A DNA stretch of 64,000 bases from Setoptus koraiensis (Eukaryota > Animalia > Arthropoda), in contig CM106586.1 in NCBI GenBank assembly GCA_048013815.1, positions 3,162,001 through 3,226,000 of the forward strand, given 5' to 3'. Shown one piece after another: positions 11,979 through 23,210 of the stretch (positions within the stretch are counted from its first letter, which is position 1; every line of letters begins with the position of its first letter). Made by a program: the position numbers and the translations under genes. Under the pieces are notes generated by a model. It saw only the letters and a program-made list of their open reading frames with translations, ran no database searches and was not told the DNA's origin.

Positions 11979-13694
11979 ATGGGTGACTTAAAAATCTCCT
12001 TCGTGATCTATACGCTGATGTTTGTTGGCCAATCATTATTCATTGGCTCAGCATCGGGTGAAGGTTCGACGCTGACTAAAGAACAGTGCGTCAAGTCGAT
12101 TAAGAAAGTTGTTTTAATGTCCCAATTTCTAAACTTAGCCAGCGAATTAATGATACAAGACAATGATTCGAGTGTCAGGGAACAACATGATGTTGTGCTG
12201 AACAAGTGTTTGCGCAGTGTGAACGCAAGAGAAGATATCAGAATGTTGCAAGGAATTATCGAGCAAGTATCAATGTCCCACTCAGTGTGTGAGCCAGATT
12301 TCATAGATCAATTGATCACCTTTGACCGCCAGATAAGAGTGGAGCATGTCACTCGTGGCCGCATACTGGGACGCAAACAAACAAACAGACTGTTGCCTTT
12401 CTTCAGATTGTTTGCCAGTCAGGTTGCACTGACGTGCAAACAGTCTTTGGAGAGAAAGTTGGAATGGATAGAAAATGAAGACAAACAAATAGTAGAGAGA
12501 GTTGAGAGCATAGTTGAGAAAGTGGCCAGAAGTGAAGATTTGCGACGAGAGAGAGCAACAGAAGAGTCCGAGAAATTGCCAATAGTATTCAGATTGGCAC
12601 TAAAGTTAAATCCTCGCTCTCTGGATCGAATAGAAAATCTTGTCGTATTGGACTCTTTCGTAGCTGGCTCAAACGCTGAACCCAATATTTATGTTGGTAT
12701 AACTATAAATAACGAGCAGGCCCACGAAGAGTTTCTCTCAACCAAGGAGTCTTGCGAAGCAATCAGTGTGTATGCAAGGAGCTCATTTTATCCCATAGTT
12801 AAACTGGCATGGAAGGGCTACATGGCAAAAACAACCGATTCAACGGGATTGAATGATTTGGTCAAGTTGGAGGTGAACGAAAAAGTGCAAAAATGGATGA
12901 AAGCAATACAATACTGTCAAGGTGTGCTCATTACCGTGGCTCATCTAGACATCCAGCAAGAGAACGATATAAAATTCGAAAACGACATTGGTTCATCTGA
13001 CGATTCTGGTGATGTAATGACCTTGAACTTTGGCGTCAAAGAGCATTGTGCTGCTTCCGCTGATGACAGTGAGCAAGCTCAGAGTACCGGCGACTGTGCA
13101 TCGCCCCCCAAATGGCATAAATTTGAACGGATCGAAGAGAAATTCGAAGAGTTGGATCCAAATTTGGCCTGTTACACATACAGCGATCGATTGGCGTTCT
13201 GGTTGGCTAGAAGAGTGAGCAAAAATGAACAAATGCTGGCCGAATTCATTAAAATTAGATCGTACGACGCATCTTTCAAACAAACAATGAGCGAAGATGC
13301 GAATGACGATAACAATGATTCAGAGGGAGAAGTTCAATTCTCTGGTCAATTCGCTGGTGTCATTCTCAGGGGCGGCGGCGGCGGCCACGGAGGAGGCGGG
13401 CACGCGAGCGGCGGAGGCCACTCGTCGGGTGGCGGTAAGGGCAGCGCAGCCAAGGGGGGCGGCTCAGGCGGAAAAGGTGGCGCTGCTGCCAAGGGCGGCA
13501 GTGGAGCGGGCGCAAAGGGCCACGCTGCATCATCAAGCCACATGCATGTTCACTATGTTGCCATAGCTGGCGGGCATATTTCCGTTCCGATCTTGGCACT
13601 GATAATAATTTGCGGACTTACGATATTTATTTTGGCTCTTTTGTGGGGCGGCCACCTTATTGGCAAGTATCGGCGCCGTCATAGATACAATTGA
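11979..13694 (+). CDS. Orphan type I membrane protein: signal peptide, Cys-containing helical ectodomain, Gly/Ala/Ser-rich stalk, C-terminal TM helix, short basic tail
   Basis: 571-aa single-exon ORF with hydrophobic N-terminus and TM segment (ILALIIICGLTIFILALLWGG) followed by KYRRRHRYN. Clear paralogue at 24737-26212 with conserved Cys pattern. Confidence 0.8.
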   Translation: MGDLKISFVIYTLMFVGQSLFIGSASGEGSTLTKEQCVKSIKKVVLMSQFLNLASELMIQDNDSSVREQHDVVLNKCLRSVNAREDIRMLQGIIEQVSMSHSVCEPDFIDQLITFDRQIRVEHVTRGRILGRKQTNRLLPFFRLFASQVALTCKQSLERKLEWIENEDKQIVERVESIVEKVARSEDLRRERATEESEKLPIVFRLALKLNPRSLDRIENLVVLDSFVAGSNAEPNIYVGITINNEQAHEEFLSTKESCEAISVYARSSFYPIVKLAWKGYMAKTTDSTGLNDLVKLEVNEKVQKWMKAIQYCQGVLITVAHLDIQQENDIKFENDIGSSDDSGDVMTLNFGVKEHCAASADDSEQAQSTGDCASPPKWHKFERIEEKFEELDPNLACYTYSDRLAFWLARRVSKNEQMLAEFIKIRSYDASFKQTMSEDANDDNNDSEGEVQFSGQFAGVILRGGGGGHGGGGHASGGGHSSGGGKGSAAKGGGSGGKGGAAAKGGSGAGAKGHAASSSHMHVHYVAIAGGHISVPILALIIICGLTIFILALLWGGHLIGKYRRRHRYN

Positions 13695-14068
13695 TTGAAG
13701 CGCTCCATGTTTGCTAATTGTATTGCGAGGCCAGTTCGAAATCAACTATGTTAGCCAATAAAGAAATTCTTCAATGCGTTAGCAGTGACTCTCTCGAAGC
13801 CAGATCTCAATTTAAGTTGTTGAAATTCTAGCATTTCTAGACTTGAGTTAGAAGTTGTTGCGGTCTTTCTAAACGAAATTGCGTCGCGCATGCGATGGGA
13901 ATTTCACGATGCACAAAATGTAGCTGTGTGTTTCTTGAAAGTGACTGTGACAACTGCAGAGAATTATCAGCGATCAATTGCAATGATCAAAAAAGATCAT
14001 AAGTGAGGTGATGTAACACGGAAAACACGTTTTACCCAATGGCGTAACCCTTCATCGTCGACTTGGCG

Positions 14069-14095
14069 GAGAGAGAGAGAGAGAGAGAGAGAGAG
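14069..14095. repeat. (GA)n microsatellite
   Basis: Perfect GA run between the membrane-protein gene and the FAR 3' end. Confidence 0.9.
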
Positions 14096-14311
14096 CGTTT
14101 CATCACACCACGACACATTTAAATCATATACAAATTCAATTATTTATTTCATCATATATGATGCTATTTACAGTGAAATCACTAGTTTATGCCATCGAAA
14201 AACCGCCAAGAAACCGCTATAGCGAAGTATACAAAACAAACATGCTGAATATGGTAACGTCGTTAATTATCATTATTACTAATATTATTATTGTGATATT
14301 TGCTAATGGAT

Positions 14312-16205
14312 CTAATTAACTGTTAGCAGTTTCGGTCTGATCTTTGCAACATAGCTCAGGCCAGTCACAGCAACTGTGGACAGGCTGTACAAAAGCCAGG
14401 CCACAAAAGAGTAGAAGGCCACGGCCACGATGGTCTCCACAATGTACAATATTCTCATCTTTAGTAAAGCTTTTGGTATATTGTCAGGAGATTCCTTCAG
14501 TATGAGTGACCTGGCTCCCATGTAGTTCAATTCGAATAGATCATTCCATCTGAGTTTGCGAATGTCAAAATCAAACAGGTTTTTATCGTGCGGCGACAGT
14601 TCCTCGTAGGCACTCAATAGATTTTCATTAGAGCAGGTGTATTCGTTAGTGGTGAACGGGCGCAGAATGTCGTAGCCGTGATGCAGCTTTTTCGTCAATT
14701 TGGTCAATCTGGCACACGTTGAAATGATGATGAAATAATAATGATGAATATATTTTTATGTTAATTATGTAAATTACGTTAATTACGTTAATTATGTTAA
14801 TTATGTTAATATGTTAGTGTTAATGTTGCGCAAAGATTGCGTCGTATTACGTATTAACGTTATATGTAGTTATGAGGCACTCACATTTGTTTCTGGCCGC
14901 AGATCATCAGGATGAAATCGACAAAGTAGGCGAAAAAGAGCTCAGAGAACAATTTCGTCATGGTGAAGCTCAATTTGTTGGCGCGCTTGTACCTGTTGGA
15001 CGAAATGGAGAGGACAATGATATAATAATGGTAATGATGGGATAATCAGCGATGGAACAAAACAGGAAAGCAAGAAACAAAGTTGAACAACAAACGGCCG
15101 AGCAAGCCGATACTCACTTAGGAACTTTGATGGGTATGCGCAACATTTTATACGGCGGCGCCTTCATGCTGGTGGCTCGCAGCGCCTCGAAGCACTCGCC
15201 CCAGGTGAGCGGATTGAGGCTGCTCGACGAGGCATTGTACACTGTCACCTCTTTTGGGTGGGACAGTTTTGCGCGACGGGCCGCCACAAGCATACAATTG
15301 ACCACCAGGTCCACGGGCACAAAATCGGCCACTCCGTCATAGTTCCAGTCGATGGTTCTGAGGATGCCCAACGAGGCAAGCACGCCCAAGCCCATGGGTC
15401 CGTTGACATTGTCCACCCAAGCGGGAAACGGTTCCTTGGCCGACGGCACAACAATGGACGGTCTCACTATAGATATGGGAAAGCGACCCTGATATTTTTG
15501 GACGAGATTCTCGGCCATGGCCTTGGTGAATATGTAGGTGTTTGGACGTTGTTCCATTATTTGGGGCGCTATTGTGTCGCACAATTGATCAGGTATCCAA
15601 TTGATGAGTTCGGCCATTTTTTCGCAGTCTCTGTTCATGGGCAATACGCGTTCCTCTTGATGGGGCTGATGCGAGTTTGTGTAAAAGGTGGACACGTGAA
15701 CGTAACTGTCTAGTCGATGAAAATTCGAGGCCAATTGCAGCAGATTCATGGAGCCGAGATAGTTGTCGCGAAGATTTTGCTTTAGTGGCGCGTCAAACTG
15801 AACAGAAGCGGCAATGTTGAACACAACGTTGACCGTGTCAATCAGCAGTCGCTTGTTGTCCTGACTGAGGCCGAGGTCCTCCGAGGACATGTCGCCCTCT
15901 ATGGCGAACACCTTCTTGAAGCGACTCGCCGGAATATTGTTTGCCTTGAACGGCTGATCCTTGAGCAGTTTGTCGACCCGCTGGGCGCTGCTCTGGCCCC
16001 GCTTCGACCGGATCAGCACATAGATGTTGCCGCAGTCGCCGAACGTCCTCAGCACCTTCTCCAGGCACACCTTTCCAATGAAACCGGTGGCGCCCGTGAT
16101 GAGTATGTTCTTGCCCTTGTACCATGATATAATTTGCGACTGTTGCGCGTCGTTGTCGTTGCTCTCATCTGATGCTTGCTTGGCGATTTTGATTTCGTCG
16201 GCCAT
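14312..16205 (-). CDS. Fatty acyl-CoA reductase (NAD-binding-4 + sterile/male-sterility domain, C-terminal TM), 3 exons, about 530 aa
   Basis: Exons 16205-15118, 14992-14885, 14708-14312 join in frame via GT-AG. Motifs ITGATGFIGKVCLEK, GDMS..DLGLS, HVSTFY, PNTYIFTKAMAE, RPSIV, DFVPVDLVVN, LRPFTTNEY, FDFDIRKLRW. Confidence 0.94.
14745..14860. repeat. AT-rich degenerate 9-mer tandem repeat (ttaattatg/ttaattacg) in FAR intron 2
   Basis: About five adjacent copies of TTAATTA(T/C)G, followed by more degenerate units. Confidence 0.7.
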
Positions 16206-17004
16206 GGTGCGAGTTGGCGCAATTGCAAATTGTCTATTCAGTTATCGCTATTTAGTTACCGGTTGTTTAGTAGTGAAATTTCTATGTAGTTATAAATTGA
16301 GCAGTAACAGTTTTTGTTTGATTTCAGCTGGATGGCGCTTTTGTGTTTGCTGTTTTGTCTTGTCTTTGGACAGTTGGTGGTTGTTGTCGTGTTGGGACGA
16401 TTCACGGTTGCAGTCGCGGTTGGGGTCGCAGTTGTTGTCGCAGCGGTAGTCAGAGTGGAAATGAACGCTCTCGCGGCCGACCGACTGAATGAAAATATGA
16501 ATAAATGCGAGGATGCGATGAAAGGGTTGGAACAATGAACTCGCTCGTTTGCCGAATGATCGATTGTGGCACCCTGCTCACACGAAGACTGTATGCTAGA
16601 CGCGCGGCCAAGCTCACTCTGGCTAGCTCTATCTATTCTCGATTTCGCCGGCTGATACTGGGCTGGCTGATTTCGCGCTGAGATTTTGCACTGGATAACG
16701 CTCTAATGGCGATCCGATGAGCGAGAATGACGCACGGAATAGCTTGCTGGCGGCTTGCCGATGGCTGGCGTGCTGCTGCCGCGCCGGAAAGTTGCTGCTG
16801 TTGCTGCTTCTTCCTCTTGTCGTGGCGGGATAAAAGGGGATAGTCGGAGTAGTCGAAATGGTCGGGCTAGCTGCTAATAAAGGCCACGAATTTAGCAGCC
16901 GAACAACAGCACGACGGCGAGAACGGAGAACAAGTTGAACTTGACTTGTTTGCCGCCCCCCCTCAATGATTTGTTGCTGTTGCTGTTGTTGGCATCATCA
17001 ACTT

Positions 17005-17023
17005 TGTGTGTGTGTGTGTGTGT
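17005..17023. repeat. (TG)n microsatellite
   Basis: Perfect TG run upstream of FAR. Confidence 0.85.
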
Positions 17024-20000
17024 TTAAACTAATTCACGCTCGCTGTAACATCGCCATGATCATGATCATCACCATATATAATTAATGAAATTGTTCAATT
17101 GCAAAGGCCAATCACAAGGCTTGAATTTTATTATAATCAACTATTGGGTATTCGCAGTTTGCATTCGTTCAGCAGATTCATTAGGTAAACTCGGCAACGT
17201 CGCGCAGCTAACAAGTGTAGAACGTTCGTAATAGAATACAAATGCAATAGTATAAATAAATAAGGACTAGATGAACTCTCGACGTAGATTATCAGATCAT
17301 GACAGCATCGAGTTGGCTGACGGCGGCTTGTGTCGTGCCAAGCGAGCTGAGGTGATGTGTTTTGTTGTGTTCAGCGAACGGCTCGTGGTGTCGAAAGGCT
17401 CGAAAGGCCAAAGTTGTTAGCTGAATGTTGTTGTGAGCAGCCAATTACAGTTAATGTTATGCAGTTGATGTTGTTGTTTCGAGAAGCGATACGTTGTTTC
17501 CTTGCGCGCCTTGTCAGCGTTGACGAAAACAAAAGACTTATCATTGTTGATAAGTTATCAACTTATCGGCTTGCGCTAACACAAAAACGGCACAGTGTCA
17601 CTAAGTGACAAGTTGATCTTCTCAATTTCCGCAACTTCTCACCGCGAGCTCGTAATCGCAACTTGAGATTGCAGCCTGTGATCGCGATTATCGTCGCAAT
17701 TGCCGGCGTGGCCCCGCCTCGCGGCGCTCATCGCCATACGGTTCCATTTGGCTCGCAACTGAGCGTGCCAAATCATGCAAATTACCCCCCATCGAACCGA
17801 TAATATCTACTGAATTGTATCCGTCGAAGGTTTGGCAACGCGCTGGCATCAGTATGCTGTTAGCGTGCCTTTTATAACATTAGTGTGTCGTAGCCGGCAG
17901 CGAGTCAGGCAATGAATTGGCTCCCCTTGTCGCCCTTTCACGGCGCGCTGCTTGCGCAAAAACAATGTTGTCTTGCCAGATAACGTGCCGCTCGCGACTA
18001 AATAAATAAATTATCAAATTAAATACTAATGAGACAATACAAGCGACGATTATACAAGCGGCGACACGCATGAGCGCGTACGAGGTTTTTGAGGGGAGTT
18101 TTTTACGCCACGCCGGGGTTTTGGCACCACGACACCGACGCCGTCGTTCACGCTGGCAGCCAGCTCGCTCGTAGGCTCGCTGGTAGGCAGTGCCGGCGAG
18201 GCGCGCACCATCTAGTAGCTACTATGCTGATATATGCTCGCTATTCACTAGTTGTTATCTTTTTTGGCTTTAAATCATAGCCGAGTGACGGTGGAGAAAA
18301 AACCGCGCCACCAATGACGACGACGACGACGCCGACGTTGACGACCAGTTTTTCGGGATGTTACATTAGTTGTTGTTGCGCGACGATTATCATGATACAT
18401 TCAATTTATACATTGCAAAATTAATTGTGTCATCGGCACTCGCATGCGTTGTTGTATGTGACAACAACTTTATCATTATTATGATAGCTGCCAGTTATGA
18501 CGCCCGCGTGCGATTGCGCTCGCTTCCACGAAGCCGTCTCCGTCCATCGATGCCACCAATACGGATAATACGGCTGTGGCGCGCAATTTCCACTCACAAT
18601 TTACACACAATCTACACCAACATACCGAGCGTCTCTGCCAATAAATGGATGGTTGCCTGCTGCCACAAATGGCATAAAAAGTTACCCAGAGCCATCCCAG
18701 GGACAACATGTTGCCGTAGACATCGCGGACAACTTGCCTGCCAACTGGCTGCACAGGTTACGTCACGTAGCTTCGGATCGCGTGACACGCAACTTGATGC
18801 AAAGATCGGCCGGCCATATGGAGCCACTTGCATCATGCAAGTTGCATGATAAATTTCACCACCACACAAGTGTTTATCGCGTCGTCACGTAGACGCGCCG
18901 GCGACCAATTGACCGGAATGCTCACCAACTGACAAGTGGCCTGTTTGTTTGTTCGTTTGCGAGCCTCGAGTCTCGATAAAGCGAACGCGACCACCACGAG
19001 TGCAGAATGGGTGCAGATGGCCCACGACGTCTCATATATCATGCACGACATGAAGAGCGCATTTAGATTGTGCAAATTATCTCCATTATCTCCATTATGA
19101 GCGCAGTGTATTATCAGCAGTGACAGTTGTCTCGCTTGCGAATGGTGTTGTGAGTTGTGAGCTGTGTCTCCACTACCAGACAACTCACTCGCTGGCGACA
19201 ACTTATCAGTAGTTGAGACACAACCTCAACCACAACGGCAACCCTGTTTGGCCTGTCTGCAACAATCAGAGTGTTGGGTTGGTTTTTTTCCCAAATTGAG
19301 CTGCCAATCAATTACCACCGCAGACCAACTTGCCCACCCAGCTCAACTAATAATGTAACGAATAATATAACTAATAATGTAGCGAGGCGTCTATGTCGTA
19401 TTATGTGACAACCGACGACAAATGATCTTTGCAGCAGACAGCGCACACAACGTTGGCATGAGTAGATATTTGACAAGATTGTCTGACAATTGCCGATCAT
19501 TGCCGGCGCAACAGGTTGCTGTTGGATTGTGTGCGCGACAGGCGCATTCGATCGGTGGTCGCCAAATTCAGTTTCTTCTTGCAAGTTGTCGGTTGACAAT
19601 TGCACTTGTCACACCTCAATGGACACACGTCATACATGCTCTTGTTACTCTATGAGAGCGGCTAACAAGCTCAGCTCGCCAGACATTGCGAGACATTATG
19701 CCAGACATTGCATTATGCCAGACATTATGTGTGACCGCACTTAATTTTATACGACTAACGTAGAGAGTGTTTTATTCGGGCTGCCCGTCAAACAAACGCC
19801 ACATAATTCACATTTATCGCGCCGTGAATCATTCACGGCGCACCACACAAAATTAAATTAACGCAAGCTCTGATTTTGCATTCTTTTTTGTGAGGCTATT
19901 AGGCACTGGATAATTATTAGCGGCTAGGCGAATGTTGACTTTTTTAGAAAAAGTCTCTCTCGTCAACAGCATACATGCCATCAACTGTCTCGCGAGGTGA

Positions 20001-20270
20001 ACCTCTATTCGGTATGCACTCTAACACTCATCTAACAAGCGTTTCATTAACAAGCGTCTACAAACGTGTCAGATTATGTATCAAATCATCTCACCTCCTT
20101 GATTCCTAATTTGTTTCATGTACTATCTCCTTCTCTTGAATTCAGCCACCTTCATTGTATCGGTGTAAGATGGTGGCCAGGTTTGAACGTGGATCTTTTT
20201 CTTTTTGATTTTCGGCGCTATCCTTCGTAGAAACACATTTGTAGTATCGTAAAAAGATTTTCGAACAGAA

Positions 20271-20289
20271 TGGCGCCATCCAGTGGCCA
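20271..20289 (-). promoter_or_regulatory. CTCF-like motif
   Basis: Minus strand TGGCCACTGGATGGCGCCA resembles the CTCF core CCAC(C/T)AG(G/A)(G/T)GGCGC. Motif match only. Confidence 0.3.
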
Positions 20290-20643
20290 GTTGTCGCAAC
20301 AAGCGCGATCAAGTCTCAGAGAAGGGCGCTAGTTAATGTGCTTTGAGAGATAATGTTCCGGTAGAAACGCTTTACACTCTGACAACTTGTGAGTGAAAAG
20401 GTGGAAACTTGCGATGTTTTCAGCCACCCTCGAACTCTCGGCCAATATATAAACCGATCATAACGTGGAAGAAACGGTGGTTCACAACATTAGGTTTATA
20501 CTGGAACAATCTCGAGAGTTGAAACGCGCACTCGAACAACATTGCAAGATCCCCGAAAACTTTTCGGCGAAAAGTCGGCTATGAGCACCCGTCGAAAGTG
20601 CCGAAAGTGCGAACCTCATTGTGCACGGAGTCGGGCTGGGTGT

Positions 20644-20785
20644 CGATTGCCTGACAGCCGATTGCCTGACAGCCGATTGCCTGACAAACCGAAAATTTCG
20701 GAAATGGACGATTGCCTGAGAGGCTCATTGCCTGACAGTATGATTGCCTGACAAACAGAATCGCCTATGGTACGATTGCCTGACA
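20644..20785. repeat. Seven direct copies of (c/t)gATTGCCTGA(ca), subterminal-repeat-like array
   Basis: Copies near 20644, 20659, 20674 (15-bp period), 20709, 20727, 20742 and 20773, all in the same orientation, next to the truncated transposase. Confidence 0.8.
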
Positions 20786-20949
20786 CTGGCAGAGATCTTA
20801 GTGATTGGACTAAAATACAATGTTTTATCATTTACCTATTTATACATATATAACGGGTGCGGACTATAAAGATCAACCGTGGTAAAATCGTTGTATTATG
20901 AAAATGGCTCAACTTAGACTATTTATTTTCTTACTGGGTTTACTCTCAA

Positions 20950-21798
20950 TTAATCTTCAATCAACAGTTTCAATGAATGGCAGCTAAAACACCCTCTCTC
21001 GAGCACAATCTGACTGGTTATTCTGGCATTCTTATATTTCTTCAATCCTTCACGCTTCGAACCAGACTTGCAGTTTGTTCTACTTGGTATGGTGCGCCAG
21101 AAAAGACGAGTTTCGTCAAAGTTCCAAATATCGTCATTTGGGTAGTCGTGCAAGACTGCTGGTATATCATTCATTTTGAACTGCTCGGCTGCATCTGTAT
21201 CGTCTGACAATACTTCTCCACAAAGCAGACCATTTGTTATTTTGTTTCTCGATTTGAAGCATCGCCACCAGCCTTCTGACATAATTCTCTTGCCTCCACC
21301 TTCTAGTTGAGCTGCCAATTCCCTCAGAATAAGCACACTTAGCGGCAACCCGTTCTTCCTATATTCATCAATAGCATCCAACACTTTGTCATCCAGCTCG
21401 AGCTTTGCATTGTGAGCAACCTTGAAATGTTTGCCGTTTATTCTTTCGCTCAATCCCAAGTATTCATACTTCTTTTGAATTATTCGATAAACTTGCGAAA
21501 CGCTAAGCTTGTATGCCCGTGACAACTCCCTCGGATTCAGATTGCTTGAATCATTTATCAAGTCTTTTCTCTCTTTCAGCGTGGTATTTTTTCTTGAATT
21601 TCTTTTGGCACCCATGTTGGAACAGCATGCATCAGACCTCAGATGGATATGAAACGCGACAAAGAAGCAAACAAGCCTCAGGATAAAGCACACGCCGGAA
21701 AAAAATTCGATTTTGCCGCACACACACAAGTGAAAACATTGAAAACGTGATCATTTTTCGCATTTGGACTCATTCGCATTTGAATGAATTAAACTGTA
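20950..21798 (-). mobile_element. 3'-truncated pogo/Tigger-family DNA transposon (HTH-psq-like + CENP-B HTH + start of DDE_1 domain)
   Basis: ORF from ATG 21615: ...SEGWWRCFKSRNKI...YPNDDIWNFDETRLFWRTIPSRT (the N.DETGL.W motif of pogo DDE), similarity lost after KYKNARIT. Candidate left end TA|CAGTTTAATTCATTCAAATGCGAATGAGTCCAAATGCGAA at 21796-21798 with a duplicated CAAATGCGAA motif. No matching right TIR seen. Confidence 0.85.
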
Positions 21799-21867
21799 CA
21801 CATACAGTTACAACTAAATATCTAATACGACACGACTTAGTAGACACGCTTTATATACATTTTGGTG

Positions 21868-22416
21868 TTATACCAAACCAACCAACCAACCACCTCCGTG
21901 CGGCGCTCGTACGGCCATTTCATACTAAAAGGAGCTGTCCCATTTCGGGGTGTTTTCATCTTGGAAGGGGATGTGATCGTTTGAAAAAGATTCTTCCCGA
22001 GGACTGGGAGTCGAGTGGGCGGGGCCCGTGATCGGGCCGGGTTTTCTCTATAGGGGGTGTGAACTTGCTTTAGAGACCGTAACTAGTTGGTAGTACAGCC
22101 GAATAACATCAGTTTCAAAACCGGAAGCATGACTTGCACTTATTGTAGAATATCTCGCGAACAAGTTGATGTAGAAGTTTTATCTAAACGCTATCACATA
22201 GATAGCATGTGGATCTAGACAATCATACACAAATTTCAGGTCTGAGGCCCCTCTGAGACCCGAAAAACGCATTTTTCTATATCGCCGGAAGTAGAAATTT
22301 CCGCACTTCTGGACCACTTTATTTGTTCTCTGGAGCCCCTAAGGGGCTCATGTGTGAAGTTTGAAGGAAATCGGAGTGTGTCGTCTTTCTAAAGAACACC
22401 CCACACTTTGTTATAG
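21868..22416. mobile_element. Non-autonomous Helitron/Helentron (DINE-1/HINE-like) remnant, tentative
   Basis: Begins TTATACCAAACC followed by an (AACC)n microsatellite, ends TTTGTTATAG (imperfect inverted match to the start), and contains internal 'tgaaatttgtgtatg' and 'tgtgaagtttgaaggaaatcgg' motifs typical of such elements. Pattern recognition only. Confidence 0.4.
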
Positions 22417-22422
22417 TGCATC

Positions 22423-22805
22423 GATTTCGAATTTCGAAGATCGAGTTGTGACCATCGAAGTTCTACCATCGAACCCAAGAACACTGATCAACCAACTTTG
22501 AGCGAGCAGCTGGAACTTTTATCAGGAATTCGAATTTTCAATTTTCGAAGTTCGGATTGTTACCATCAAACTCTGACCATCGAACTCTGACCATCGGACT
22601 ACGAACAATGAACCACAAACTCTGTACTAGCAGCTGTTACTCTTATCAGAAATTCGAATTTTCAATTTCGAATTTCGAAGTTTGAATTATGACCATCGAA
22701 CTCCGACCACTGAACTCTGGCCATCGAACTTCGACAGAGCAGATGAAACTATCATCAGAAATTCGAATTTTCAATTTCGAATTTCGATTTGTCACCACCG
22801 AACAT
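22423..22805. repeat. Diverged tandem repeat of about 110-125 bp (about 3.5 units) rich in TTCGAA and ACCATCGAACTC motifs
   Basis: Repeated 'atcagaaattcgaattttcaatttcgaatttcga' + 'gaccatcgaactc' blocks near 22425, 22521, 22646 and 22756. Confidence 0.8.
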
Positions 22806-22965
22806 CTCACAAATTTGACCTAGTCAAATCTCCATAGGATTGCATACGAAATATTTTCGAGTGAAGCGATAATAGACCAAGTCGAATCTACATAGGAATA
22901 CATGTGTAATGTCTAGCAGGATTCTCACAAATTAGACTAAGTCAAACCTCCATAGGATTACATAG
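22806..22965. repeat. Two diverged direct copies of 'tctcacaaatt.gac..agtcaaa.ctccataggatt.cata' about 117 bp apart
   Basis: Copies near 22806 and 22923, plus a related 'aagtcgaatctacatagga' between them. Confidence 0.7.
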
Positions 22966-23210
22966 TCACGTGAATAAACGTATCCATCATCACTACCCCA
23001 GTAGCTACTCAATTAAAATTAAGCGCTAAAAACACGGAAAATCGCTATGCAAAACCAGTTGTCTTTTGAAAATATATTTTTAGACTCTTTCCAAAGAATC
23101 CGTCCAATGGAACACTCACTAATGCTTTTTAACATATTGCAACACACATTACAGACGAAATAAAAAATTGCAATTTATACTTGATTTGCTTGCTCTGTTT
23201 AATTTCGAAT

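Noticed and set aside
13297-13745. Several overlapping Pro/Arg/Ala-rich ORFs
   Set aside because: By-products of the GC-rich Gly-repeat coding sequence.
15052-16538. ORFs overlapping or flanking FAR exon 1 in other frames
   Set aside because: Stop-poor shadows of GC-rich coding DNA, with no recognisable motifs.
17357-19744. Numerous 60-160 aa ORFs upstream of FAR
   Set aside because: Mostly non-ATG starts, mutually overlapping, no motifs, and the duplicated copy does not preserve their frames.
20165-20200. tRNA 3'-half-like string on the minus strand (GTTCAAAC...ACCA)
   Set aside because: No D arm, anticodon arm or acceptor pairing upstream.
22423-22805. CRISPR-like array
   Set aside because: Eukaryotic context, degenerate units without unique spacers, no cas genes; this is a satellite.
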